Shown piece after piece: positions 16,301-30,523 of a stretch of DNA of 64,000 bases; positions within the stretch are counted from its first letter, which is position 1, and each line of letters begins with the position of its first letter. A program made the position numbers and the translations under genes. Below the pieces are notes generated by a model, which saw only the letters and a list, made by a program, of their open reading frames with translations, was not told where the DNA came from and did no database searches. Source of the DNA: the human T2T-CHM13v2.0 reference genome, Homo sapiens. Location: NCBI RefSeq assembly GCF_009914755.1, contig NC_060927.1. The stretch is one strand, 5' to 3'.

Positions 16301-19300
16301 ATATTTCAGGATATCATCCATAGGAACTTTCACAACCTAGCTAGAAAGGCCAAAATTGAAGTTCAGGAAATGCAGAAAACCCCAGTCAGCACCCAGATTC
16401 ATAAAGCTAGTTCTTGAAGAACTTCAAAGAGACTTAGACTCCCTCAGAATAAGAGTCAGAGACTTTAACACCCTAATGACCATATTATACAGATTATCGA
16501 GACAGAAAATTAACAAAGATATTTAGGACCTGAACTCAGCATTGGATCAAATGGACCTGATGCATAGCTATAAAACTCTCCACCCAAAACCAACAGAATA
16601 TATTTTTTTTATTACTACATGGCACATCTACCATTGACCAGATAATCAGAAGTAAAGCCCTCCTCAGCAAATTTGAAATAACTAAAATAACAAAAAACAG
16701 TCTACACAGTGCAATCAAATTAGAGCTGAAGACTAAGAAATTCACTAGAAACCATACATTTACATGGAAACTGATTATCCTGCTGCTGAGTGACTTTTGG
16801 GTAAATAATGAAATTAAGGCAGGAATTACGAAGTTCTTTCAACTAATGAGAGCAAAGATACAACATACCAGAATCTCTGGGACACAGCTAAAGCAGTTGT
16901 ATGAGGAACATTTATAGCCCTAAATGCCCAAATCAAAAAGTTAGGAAGATCTCAAGTTTGCAACCTAACATCACAACTAAAAGAATCAGAGAACCAAGAG
17001 CAAACAAATCCCAAAGTTAGCAGAAGACAAGAAATAACCAAAATTGGAACTGAACTGAAGTATATTGAGACATGAAAAATCATTCTGAAGATCAACCAAT
17101 CCAAGAGCTGTGTTTTGGAAAATAAATAAATAAACCTCAACCTAGACTAGTGAAGAAATAAAGGAGAAGATTTAAATAAACACAATGAGAAACATCAAGG
17201 AGGATATTACCACTGACCCTACAAAAATACAAGCAACCATCAGAAAATATTATGAACAACTCTATGCACATAAACTAGAAAATCTATAACAAGTGGATAT
17301 ATTTCTGGACACATACACTCTCCCAGAACTGAAACAGGAAGGAAATAATTGAACCATGAACAGAACAAGCTCTGAGATAACAAGCTCTGAGACTGAGGCA
17401 GTGATAATTATCCTACCAACCACAAAACTCCCAACCACAAAACTCCACAGGACCAGGTGAATTCAGAGCTGAGTTCTAGCAGATATACATTCCTACTGAA
17501 GTTATTCCCCAAAAAAATTGAGGAGGAGGGACTCCTCCCTAACTCATTCTACAGGGTGAGCATCTTCCTGATACCAAAACCTGGCAGAGGTACAACAGAA
17601 AAAGAAAACATCAAGGCAATATTGATGATGAACATCAGTGCAAAAATCCTCTATGAAATACTGGCAAGCTGAATCCAGCAGCACATCAACAAGCTTATCC
17701 AATGCAATAAAGTAGCCTTCATCCCCAGGATGCAACATCCACAAACCAGTAAATGTGATTCATCACATAAACAAAACTAAAGACAAAAATCACATTATTA
17801 TCTCAATAGATTCAGAGAAAGCTTTCAATAAAATTCAACATCTATTCATATTAAAATCTCTCAATAAACTAGGTATTGAAGAAACATACCTCAAAATAAT
17901 AGGAGCCATCTATGACAAATCCACAGTCAACGCCATATGGAATAACAAAAGCTGGAACCATTCCCCTTGAAAAATGGCACAAGACAAGGATATCCTCTCT
18001 CACCACTCCTATGTAACATACTATTGGAAGTCCTGGCCAGGGCAATTAAGCAAGACAAAGAAATAAAGACATCCAGATGGAAAGACAAACTTTCAAACTA
18101 TCCCTGTTTGCAGATGACATGACCCTATATCTAGAAAACCCCATAATCTTAGTCCTAAAGCATCTTAAGCTGATCATAAACTTCAGTAATGTCTCAGGAT
18201 ACAAAATTAATGCATAAAAATCACTAGCATTCCTATATAACAACAACAGTCAAGCCAAGAGGAAAATCAGGAACATACCCCCATCTACAACTGCCACAAA
18301 AAGAATAAAATACCTACAAATACAGCTAACCAGGCAGGTGAAAGATCTCCACAAGGAGGACTACAAAGCACTGTTCAGAGAAATCAGAGATGACACAAAC
18401 AAATGGAGAAACTTTGCATACTCATGGATAGGAAGAATCAATATCATTAAAATGACCATAATGCCCAAAGCAATCTGTAGATTCAATGCTATTCCTATTA
18501 AAACACCATTGAGATTCTTTGCAGAACTAGAAAAAAACTATTTTAAAATTCATATAAAACCAAAAAAGAGACTACATAATCAAGGCAATCTTAAGCAAAA
18601 AACATAAAGCTGGAGGCATCACGCGACTTGACTTCAAACTATACTACAGTGCTACAGTAACCAAAATAGGATGGTACTGGCACAAGAACAGACACGTAAG
18701 ACCAATAGAACAAAATAGAGAACCCAGAAATAAGACTGCATACCTACAACCATCTGTTCTTTGACAAATCTGACAAAAACAATTGACGAAGAAAGGATTC
18801 TCTATTCAATAAATGGTGCTGGGATAACTGGCTAGCCATATGCAGAAGACTGAAACTGGACCCCTTTCTTATAGCATATACAAAAATTAACTCAAGATGG
18901 ATTAAAGACTTAAATTTAACACCCAAGACTACAAAAACCCTGGAAGACAACCTAAGTAATACCATTCAGGACAAAGGAAGGAACAAAGATTTCATGATGA
19001 AGATGCCAAAGGCAATTTTGACAAAAGTAGAAATTGAAAAATGGGATCTAATTGAACTAAAGAGCTTCTGCACAGCAAAATAAACTGTCAATGGAGTAAA
19101 CAGAATGGGAGAAAGTTTTTCAAACTATGGATCTGACAAAATTCTGATATCCACGTCTGTAAGAAACATAAACAAATTTACAAGAATAAAACAAACAAAC
19201 CCATAAAAAAGTGGGCAAAGAACATGTACAGACACTTTTCAAAAGAAGAGCTACATACAGCCAACAATCATATAAAAAAAGCCCAACATCACTGATCATT

Positions 19301-20029
19301 AGAGAAATGCAAATCAAAACTACGAGATACCATCTCACACCAGAATAGCTATTATTAAAAGTCAAAAAATAACGTGCTGGTGAGATTTGGGGAAAAAAGG
19401 GAACACTTTTACACCGTTGGTGGGAGTGTAAATTAGTTAAAACATTTTGAAGGATAGTGTCTTGATTCCTCAAAGGCCTAAAGGCAGAAATGCCATTCGG
19501 TCCAGGAATCCCATTACTGGCTATACATCCAATGGAATAAAAATCATTCTATTATAAAGACATATGCATACATATGTTTCTGGAGGCATTATTCACAATA
19601 GCAAAGACATAGAATCAACCTAAATGTCCATCAATGATAAACTGGGAAAAGAACATTTGGTACATATATTCCATGGAATACTATGAAGCCATAAAAAAGA
19701 ACAAGAATATGTCCTTTTCAGAGACATGGATGGAGCTGGAGGCCATTATTCTTAGCAAACTAATGCATAAACAGACAACCAAAGACTGCATGTTATCACT
19801 TATAAGTGGAAGCTAAATGATAAGAACAAATGGACACAAATAAGGGAACAACACACACTGGGCCTATTGGAGGGTGGAGAATGGAAGGAGACAGAAAATT
19901 AGGAAAATAACTAATAGGTACTAGACTTAATATCTGGGTGATGAAATAATCTGTACAACAGACCTCCATGAAACATGTTTATGTAACAAACTTGCACATG
20001 TACTACTGAACTTAAAAGTTAAAAAACAG
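13312..20029 (+). mobile_element. Near full-length decayed LINE-1 (older L1PA, roughly PA13-16 type)
   Basis: 5' end ggggagggcaagatggccgactag; ORF1 remnants (KPIRLTADFSAETLKARR in 15314-15574); ORF2 from about 15792 with RT motif LFADDM at 18104-18121; older-type 3' UTR (ctgggtgatgaaataatctgtacaaca); degenerate TSD aaagtgggtcagg 13299-13311 / aaactagttcagg 20030-20042; many stops and frameshifts. Confidence 0.95.
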
Positions 20030-20179
20030 AAACTAGTTCAGGTAAAAAGAAACATTAAGCAGTAATGAACAACAAGTTAAAGAACATTAATACCAGAGAA
20101 AAAGGCAAAATGTTTTTCTCTGACTGACATCATAGTTTTCAATTTGTTGAGGCATATTTAGAGACAATCACAGTATGCA

Positions 20180-20345
20180 TAATAAAATAAAATTTACAGT
20201 TATTGAGTGCTATGTGTTAGGGGAAGAGTGGTATATTCTTACATATAGTACAGAATTTATTTCACACTATGTGCAGTAATTATTTTCTCATTACAGATGA
20301 ATATACTGGAGTCAAGAACTTTCTCAAGTCCAGTTCTAGAATCTT
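20180..20345 (-). mobile_element. MIR fragment
   Basis: ttattgagtgctatgtgttagg...cattacagatgaatatactg. Confidence 0.55.
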
Positions 20346-20767
20346 TTTCTGTTAGCCAAAAGCAACGCTAAATGCATAACCTCTTCCTCCCCAAAATTTA
20401 CTCCACTTATTCTGTTCTCTTCTCCTACACTTTCTTATCTACTTTAATGGTAGGAAAAGGGGAATATTAATTAATCACACACCAGTAGTCAAAGCCCTTT
20501 ATTATTTGTTTTTATGATTATTCATTAATATAGGGCCCTCTCATTTGATTTTTTTTTTTTTTACTTCATCCTGGATCTCTTTCTCTGTCCACAATCCAGA
20601 TATCTATTTTACTGTGTTTAATATATGTTTTTAGAAATGTATGTATATTTTTAAATACTTAGTATTTTTTCATTTGTGTTTGAGTGTTTATGTAAATTGT
20701 TGACTGCATTAATTTTCAGTAACTGTTTAGGCCAACAAGAGCTAATGTCATCTTTGACTCTACCTGA

Positions 20768-21109
<342 letters not shown>

Positions 21110-21311
21110 AGCCCATACTTTCTATTCCTGTCAATTCAGTCCTCAATATCCCTGACAATTATTCCATTTTCTCTGTTTTAAGTGCTGTGCTGCAGATCTG
21201 GTCGTCATTATTTTTTGTAATAATCTTGTAATTACTGTGATGTTAGAATTAACTCCTTCTCCAATCTTATTTCTGCTTTCCATTTGGGCTCATTGTCTAA
21301 ATAAATGACTC

Positions 21312-21770
21312 ACTTAGATTTGATTCTGTACAGCAAATCCTAACTTGGAAATTTGTCTGCAAACCATTCACTGAGAATGTGCTCTCTGGAGAAGAAACAT
21401 GATGAATACAAAATAGGTTGAGAGACAAGGGCTGAACCAGGATGTGCTCTCAGCTCCAGCCTACATTCCAACTGATTCCCAGGGGTGTGCTACAGCATGA
21501 ACTTCTCCACAGGGTTAGTTCCCCCCTCAGACAAGCCTTGTATATTTCTATCTTAGTCAGTCGTTGTGGTTGTTCAGTCTCATAGGGAGTAAGGAGAGTG
21601 AGGACCTGGTAAGCAGATCGTCATGGCTGAGGGAGTTTCTCTGAAGATTGGCCACGGGGAGCCATGTGTGGCTAACAAAGCAACAGCAGCAGCAGTACTA
21701 GGAAGGAAAAAATTTCACTACTCAGAAACAGCTATCTGGGCAGTGTATCAACCACAGCCACTACAGCATC
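21312..21770 (-). mobile_element. Old ERVL solo LTR (LTR16/LTR33-like)
   Basis: actgattcccagggg..ct, tcagtcgttg, GC-richer block resembling the LTR16 reverse strand. Confidence 0.55.
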
Positions 21771-23669
21771 CAAGTGATTTTCTAAAACCCTTTAGCTCCC
21801 CTAATTACAATCCATCAGTAGTTTCCTACAGGCTACAACATTAATTCCAAATTATTTATGATTGCATACTTTTTTCCCTTTCATTGTATCCATCCTTACA
21901 ATCTACACATATAGATGTATTTGTAGTTTTTAAAGCACCGTCTTCTACGTATATTTTGTATACTTTTTGGACAGATGGCTTTATCTTCAAAGAACTGTAT
22001 TTGACGATTTGAACACCTAATGACCTAGTTAATTTCAGCTTTTTAAATCTAGCTAAGATTTGACTTCCTCCTACATACCTAACCATATTCCCAAAGTCCT
22101 AACCTCTGCCTTAATCCTGCTCTTTCTATAAGCTCCTCTAGCATTTATAATTCTGTTATAAGTATCTGCTTACCATTCTCTCATCTCAGTAAGCAATTAT
22201 TTCCTTATGATCAGAAGCTGTGATTTTTAATCTTTTTATTATACATCTTGACACATAATATTCAATATACCTTTTCTTAAATAAATGCATTAATGAGGTT
22301 TATGGATTAAAATGCTCAAATTAAAAACCAAATAAAGAAAAAAGTAGAATGCATTCCCATGCTATGAACTCAGTTTCATCAGATTCTCACATGTACAACC
22401 AACTTTTATTTAAAAACAAAAAGGTCTCGGGATTCTTACACTATGGTATCTGAAATTAGGTGACTCTTAATTTATTGGCAATATAATATTATCTCATGAA
22501 TGTGTATTCAGACACATCATATATATAAAGTGGAAGATACCTAAATATGTGTTTGTGTCTCTAGGGCGTCCTCCTGGATCACATGCAGTTCAACACGGCT
22601 GGAATGCTTATTCCATGATTGTTTGATTTTTCTCCAATAATAAATTAAATTTCTAAATAGTACTAGTTCAGCATTATGCTACAATCAATTATAGCTACTA
22701 TTATGGTTGTTTGCACATGAATGGCCCCACATTTATTCATCTAGCTTTTAATTGTGCTTGTTTCCACACTTCTAGCCTATAGTCCACTGAAGGAGCAACA
22801 GGTAAACTAGTTAACTTTCCTGCAGTTATTGTCATACTTTTTTCCATTATATACATTGTATACAACATGCATATCAATATAAATTTTCAGAGATTCTCAC
22901 TCAAAATCACTATGAAGTATATGTATATATGTATATTCATGTATATACATATGGATATATGGATATATGGATATGTAATATCCAGCATGGCTATGAGGAT
23001 AGCATATAGCTCTTCATGTAAGAAAACTGATACCCTTCAGTTAGATGCAGTTAATATTTTTACCCTAGTCTTCTACGGAATATCTCATTTTTCACTCAAG
23101 CTCTCTGCCATTATCTGATCCTTTTCTCTTTTTCAAATTAGCCCAAGTTAAAACGATCATTTTCTTACATTGGTGCTTAGATACTAACTTCATTTTCTGT
23201 GTCTGCAGTTACTCACTCATCGAACACAAATGTAGAGACTTCATCAACTGTACCTCTATAGTTCTGTACTGTATAGAACTGCATCTCTCTCTTTCTATAA
23301 ATCTATAGCTCCTGCTTTTGATAGAAAAAGAATAACATATAACATCTAAGTTGAATTCTACCAGAGCAAGTCTTCTCCACTTTTCAAAATTGATTCTAAG
23401 TAACTTCCTAGGTTTATACTTCCAGACGTGCCTCTAGCTTTAGCACCCTGAGGTTTCTCTTTTTAACAGTTTCATCTCCAGTAGGACTGCACAACATAGA
23501 AAGGCTTTTGGTATCAAAGTGTTGATAGAAGCTTGAATCTGGTTCAGTACAGGTCACAAGGATAAATGGAGAGTAACCCAGAGATGAGCTTAGCACTAAT
23601 TAGTGACAGGAGAAGCTGGATAATATTACTTCTTCTGTATGAACATCTGTTTTGTTCAATTGACTACAT

Positions 23670-24374
<705 letters not shown>

Positions 24375-26059
24375 TTAAATGCTGTTTTTAAATACACAGA
24401 CACATGAAAGTAAATATTAATGTTTAGCTAAACATTACACTGTTTTAATAAAGTCATTGCATTTTTCAAAATTTAGTTTTGTTTTAAAATAGATTGATAT
24501 TCAGCAGTAGACGTTTTTGTTTCAAGTCTGGTTATCAATTGTCCACGCCTGGAAGATATTTACCTTTTAAGCCTTGGTCACTCTAACTGCCACTATCACT
24601 ATTTCCTTTTGGCAGCTATTAGACTTTCAGGCTGAGAAACTTGGGATTAATAACAGTTTCTAGGAGACGTACATTAGAGATCCAATATATTTCATTGATG
24701 ACACACGCCCTACTTCCTCAATATCCTTCACTCTAGCCAAGGCTGTCTGTGACTGGAAGAAAGAAATACTTTGCAGCATCTCTAGAACTGCAGGCTGCTG
24801 ACAAGGACCATTAACTAATTTAGATTTAAGTGTCTGTGGAATTGCTGGCTAGAACTACTACAGCAATGCCATGGGGTAATAAAGGTTTACTTCTATCAGG
24901 GAGTCTCCAGAGCTGCCTGTGTCTCATATTTCTTCTTACTGAAGCTAATGCACTGGAAACTTTGTGTGGTGTGTGTGTTTGTTTATAGGAACACATGACA
25001 TGGTTTGAATAAAATGTAGATTTGATAGTATGCAATTAGGTGAACAATTTATTACATGTTTGGCATTAAACAGATCAGAAAGAGTGTGTTATTATTGGTT
25101 ACATGGGTCCTCTATGATGTTATTTGGTGTGATGCTCTTCACATGAATTGCTCTGACAGTTTTTATGTCTTGTCATTGCATGCTGATGGCAGTGTGCAAA
25201 TAGGTTTGCCACATAGGAATTACCTGTCCCACAAGTTCATTTTCAACGGCATTCTAAAGATCAACCATCCTTGCAGGAGTTAAGAAAGATTTACAGAATC
25301 ACTGCAATGCAAATCCTTAGAAAGAAAGGCATAAAAAAACTGACAGCATTGTATAGAAGAGAATATAAAGAAATTCACTATTTTTAAAGTTTCATATTTT
25401 AAAAAATATAACTGCTATACAATAAAAATGTAGAAATTAAATTTCCATAAAATCAAATTTTAATGTTTTTCTCCCCACATGTTGAACAGAAGCTACTGAT
25501 AAATCTTTGTAAGGAGTCTATGCTGGAACTAACAAATAATTGACATTTGTTTAAATGGTGAAATCACCAACACATTCCTTAATATACAAAGAAGTGGTTT
25601 ACATTTAAAATTATCTGAATGTAGATTACAAAAGAAAAACCTAGAAATTCTCCATTTCTGATATCCACATTTGTTTGGTCATAGAGAACTAAAAAAATTG
25701 CTGAAAGAAATACTAGCATCTCATAATATTTTGGTTGAATATATATATATACACGAATGTGTGGGAACATGTACATATATACATATATGTATAGCACAAA
25801 TTTTTAATGTTTAATTTTGTGCGTATGAGGCAAATCTCATATGGTGTTTCAAAAATAGCTGGACTATTTCCAGAAAAATAAATTTTAGGTGTGCATAAAG
25901 AAGAAAACCTCTCAAAAGTCATTGCCTGATTTGTTTCTCTTGGGACAACTGGGGTAATTATATATTTTCTATTACTTCGTGGCTGCCCATGGCATTTTAC
26001 TATATATCATTGTATGTGCCACAAGGATAAAGCAATATTTATTATTAAATTCCTACTAT

Positions 26060-26905
26060 TTTATTTATGAAAATTTATGGGGTACATAAGAAATGTTTTA
26101 TATATACAATGTGCAGTGATCAAATCAGGGACCCAATTACAATACATTTTTAAAGTATAGTCATCCTACTTTGCTATCAAACATTGAATTTATTTATTCT
26201 ATCTTACTGCATGTTTTTACCCTTTAATCCAGCAGTTCCCTACCTTTTTGGCACCAGAGACAAGTTTGTGGAAGACAATTTATCCATAGATGGAGGTTGG
26301 GGGTCACGGTTTCAGGACGTTCCATGCACATTATACTTATCGTGCACTCAATTTCTATTATCATTACATTGTAATATATAATGAAATGACAATACAACTC
26401 ACAATAATGTAGAATCAGTGGGAACCCTGAGCTTGTTTTCCTGCAACTAGATGGTCCCATCTGGGGGTGATGGGAGACAGTGACAGATCATCAGGCATTA
26501 GATTCTCATAAGGAGCATGTAACCCAGATTTCTTGCATGCACACTTCACAACAGCATTTGAACTCCTATGAGAATATAATCCTGCTGCTGATCTGACAAG
26601 AGGTGGAGCTCAGGCAGCAATATGAGCGATGAAGAGTTGCCGGAAATACACATGAGGCTTTGCTCACTTGCTCGCCACTCATCTCCTGCTGCACAGCCTG
26701 GTTCCTAACAGGCCACGGATGGGTACCAGTCTGGGGCCCCAATGTTGGGGATTCCAACTTTAACTCACTTCTCTTCATTCTTTCCCCTCCCCACTCTCCC
26801 TTCTCAGTCTCTATTATCTATTTTTCCTTTATCATCTCCATTTGTTCAAATATTTTAGCTCCACATATGAGTGAGAACCTGTGACAGTTGTCTTTTTGTG
26901 CCTGA
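26060..26905 (-). mobile_element. L1MA 3' end fragment interrupted by MER1A
   Basis: ttatggggtacata..gtgatcaaatcagg, tagtcatcctactttgcta, tttagctccacatatgagtgagaac. Confidence 0.8.
26230..26757 (-). mobile_element. MER1A (hAT-Charlie non-autonomous DNA transposon)
   Basis: Full about 527-bp match to the recalled consensus; internal palindrome attagattctcataagga/ctcctatgagaatataat; 8-bp TSD ctttaatc/ctttaact. Confidence 0.92.
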
Positions 26906-27086
26906 CCTAAAGATCAGGTAAAGAAAGGAAATGTAGTGAAAGGAATAATCTAATTCCATTCTAAGAGACCTAAAAATAGAAATGCTGAGCCTTGAAATAT
27001 AAACGATTAAAGTCAATTTGGGATATAAGATTACTAGCTTAAACATTTATTAATTAATAGTTTGTTAGTTTTTGAGGGCAGTGGCT

Positions 27087-27845
27087 TGTTAAAGCAAACT
27101 AAATATGGCCTGACAAGGACTCTGTACTTCTATATTTGAGTTCTTGTGGATGCACTGTAACCTAACTTAATAGTCAGACAAAATTCAAAACCTAAGTAAT
27201 AGTATGCGTCTGTAACAATGGCTGAGAGTTGGCCAATCCCAGCAGCCATACTTCAACCATTCATAGACTGCTAAATGTTCAAACTGCGTTCAGATAAGGC
27301 AAACATTGAGCTGTAACCAATCTCACTGTTTCTGTACCTCACTTCTGATTCCTGTATGTCACTTTACTTTTTTTGTCTATAAATTTGTTCTGACCATGAG
27401 GCACCCCCTAGAGCCTCTGTGAATTTTCTGTGATTCTGGGGGCTGCCCTATTTACAAATCATTCATTGCTCAATTAAACTTCTTTTTTTTTGTTTTGTTT
27501 TGTTTCGTTTTTGAGACGGAGTTTCACTCTGTCACCCAGGCTGGAGTGCAGTGGCGCGATCTCGGCTCAATGCAAGCTCGGCCTCCCAGGTTCACACCAT
27601 TCTCCTGCCTCAGCCTCCTGAGTAGCTGGGACTACAGGTGCCCGCCACCATGCCTGGCTAATTTTTTTTTTTTTTTTTTAAGTAGAGACAGGGTTTCACC
27701 GTGTTAGCCAGGATGGTCTCGATCTCCTGACCTCATGATCCACCCACCTCAGCCTCCCAAAGTGCTGGGATTACAGGCGTGAGCCACGGCGCCCAGCCAA
27801 TTAAACTTCTTTAAATTTAACTCAGCTGAAATTTTTCTTTTATCA
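27087..27845 (+). mobile_element. 5' LTR (MER57-like) containing an AluY
   Basis: tgttaaagcaaactaaatatggcctg...ttttatca; CCAAT boxes, TATAAA, ATTAAA; homologous to 33281-33708. Confidence 0.9.
27486..27798 (-). mobile_element. AluY inserted in the 5' LTR
   Basis: Y diagnostics; TSD aattaaacttcttt at 27472-27485 and 27799-27812; absent from the 3' LTR. Confidence 0.96.
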
Positions 27846-27847
27846 GA

Positions 27848-27864
27848 TGGTGTCAGAAGCGGAT
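27848..27864 (+). promoter_or_regulatory. Primer binding site, tRNA-Leu type
   Basis: tggtgtcagaagcggat, 2 nt after the LTR end; resembles TGGTGTCAGAAGTGGGAT, the complement of a tRNA-Leu 3' end. Confidence 0.8.
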
Positions 27865-29642
27865 CCGAAGTGGAACTTTTAGTGACCCTCAGGAGCACTG
27901 AATGAACATGCAAGGAACCTGCAGGACCCACTTGTGTCCATTGATCTCTGGGAGCAGCTGGGATAAGCTCCTTTTCGGATTTCAGAGCTCCATGGACTTG
28001 TGTCTTGAGATCCCTGAGTTTCTTTGAGCAAATTTCTGATCCAAAATGGGTTTGGCATCATGGCAGAAACAGGACTGGGTCCACGAATGGATTTGATCCA
28101 GGAATGAACTGGCTTGGATCCAGTCAGAGGTCTCTTACATCTGACTGGGTCAGAAAGGAACTGGTAGTAAGCAGTAATATTGCAGAGGTTATAACATTTG
28201 GCTTTTAAAAAATAACAGGAATTTTTGTGTTCTACCTCCTATGTTAAATTTTTCTTGTATACTTAGGTAGAAAAAAGTCATTGGCTAAGTTAATCAAGAG
28301 AACCTGAGAGTAAAGCCAATATTTTAGGTAAAAATGAGATCCTTAATTTCTGGGAAACTGAGTTCATTCTGGTTTATACTTTAAGCCTGGGAGGCAGCGA
28401 AGTCTTGCGGCAAAATCTTACAAAAGATAACTTACAGGGGAACGCTGCAAATGAACAACAATGCATTGAAGTAAATTTAAAAATGATGGTTCTCGGTAAA
28501 TTCCCATTGGCTAAGAATGGATTTGGCACTTCGGGATGTCAACTGCTATTCTCTTTGGAATAATCTGTCTTGCACTCTTTGATGACGACTATGGGTGACA
28601 GGATTAGGGATTTACAGGATCCTGGGACATGGGGAGCTTATTCCTCCCTAAAAGGGGAAACTTGAGAGATGAGGAGACTGCTGGAGAAGAGCCCTTTGCT
28701 ACCAAGAAGCAACCACCTGAACTTCTCAGTGTTGCTTCAATGTGTGGGTCTTTCTCTGGCCTCCCTGATCATTTCGCCTTCCCCAACCTCCCACAGACTA
28801 TGCTTTCCTCTCTCTCCTTTCCCTTTCTTATCTTTTCTCTTACTCAGAGGGACCATCTTGCCCAGAGACCACGTGTTGAAACTCCTACTCAGAGGTTGGA
28901 TTAAAGATGACAGGACCCATCTGAGGGCAAATTTAAGCCTTGCCAATTTGATATTGGGTGCTAAGCAGAGTAGCTAATATCTATGTTTTATCACACGTAT
29001 TTTGCTCTGGCCAGACTGAAAAAAGATAATTTTTCTTTATGATGCATCTTGGTCCCAGCAGGATGGTGTGGCAAGCTGAGTCACTAAGGCTGCTCAGGGA
29101 AAGGGAACCCAGAATCTTGGCATGCCGGCAAAAGGGTAAGAATTTCTTACAAGTCAGGTTTCTGGCTTTTCTCTTTCTGTGCAAGCAGTTGAATGAATGG
29201 TAAAAATCACTCTTTATCTCTTCTGTAAAGATTCGATTAATGAGAAAAAGAATTCTGAGGCTAGCCTTAAACTGATGTATTTGTGCTATGAATTTGTTTT
29301 TCTGTGTCAAGGAGTACCTTAGGATAAAACATGGACTTAGGTCCCCATAAGCTGGCTGCTCAAGATGGTCCAGCAAGCTGATCAATAACAAACTTTCCCA
29401 CAGGTCCCTAAAACAAACAAAAAAACTGAATGGGGTCTCCATCTTGATTTATGTCCTTGGGAGCTTGACCTTGTAACCATGTGGCAGTACTTTCTCTTGG
29501 TCTCCACCTTCCAGGGAAGAGGAATTTTAGGATTTATGTCATAGTTAGCTCTAAAAATTATCTTTAGTGGTTAAAAGCGTTTGCAAGCTCAAAATTAACT
29601 ACTCTAGATTCCTTCTGGGAAGAGCAGTGGAGATTGCCCTGT

Positions 29643-29714
29643 GCTGCTGTAGCTCAGTAGCGAAGGTTTTGCCCTTTCACACTTGCAGTCTGTGTTTGAT
29701 TCCCTGCTTAGGAA
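29643..29714 (+). pseudogene. Decayed tRNA-like (Glu-TTC-like) sequence inside the MER57-like provirus
   Basis: A box tagctcagtag 29650-29660, loop ctttcac 29674-29680, B box gtttgattcc 29694-29703, T5 at 29723-29727; tRNA-like spacing. Confidence 0.6.
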
Positions 29715-30213
29715 GAAAGTTGTTTTTGGTTTAATATTTGCATGATCTTGTCTAGTCTTTTCTTCTCCAAGGGCTATCTTAAATTTTCCTTTCTCTGAGC
29801 ACCTGAAAGGTTACCTTTGGTAAAGCTCAAAAGCCAGAAATATTGGCCATTTGACCATTTAAACAAAATTTTAAAAGGACTTTATTAGAGTGCTGCTGTT
29901 AAAAGTCAGCTTAATTAAAAGAGGATATTCAAGCTCTAACAGCCTGGACTTCTTGGGAAAACAATGAGGCAGCAGAAACCCCTTTCCTGACCTTGTTCTT
30001 CCAAGAACTCCACCACAAAGCCAATAACCAATTAAGAAACTTAAAAACTGGCAAATGAAAAATCTTACAATTACTGTAGTAATCTTCTGTCTGTCTGTGT
30101 AATTATATATGCATTGTGTATAATATTTATATAAAATAGCCCTAATTAATTGGCTTAAACAAAAATAAGTGCTTAAATCAAATATTTTAAAAGCAAAATG
30201 AAAACTGTAATGC

Positions 30214-30523
<310 letters not shown>

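Noticed and set aside
13312-20029. Possibly active L1
   Set aside because: ORF1 and ORF2 are broken by many stops and frameshifts, and the endonuclease domain is interrupted.
26497-26580. Strong inverted repeat or hairpin (possible miRNA)
   Set aside because: Intrinsic internal palindrome of MER1; no locus-specific evidence.
29643-29714. Functional tRNA gene
   Set aside because: Acceptor, anticodon and T stems pair poorly and the B box is mutated; reported only as a decayed tRNA-like relic.
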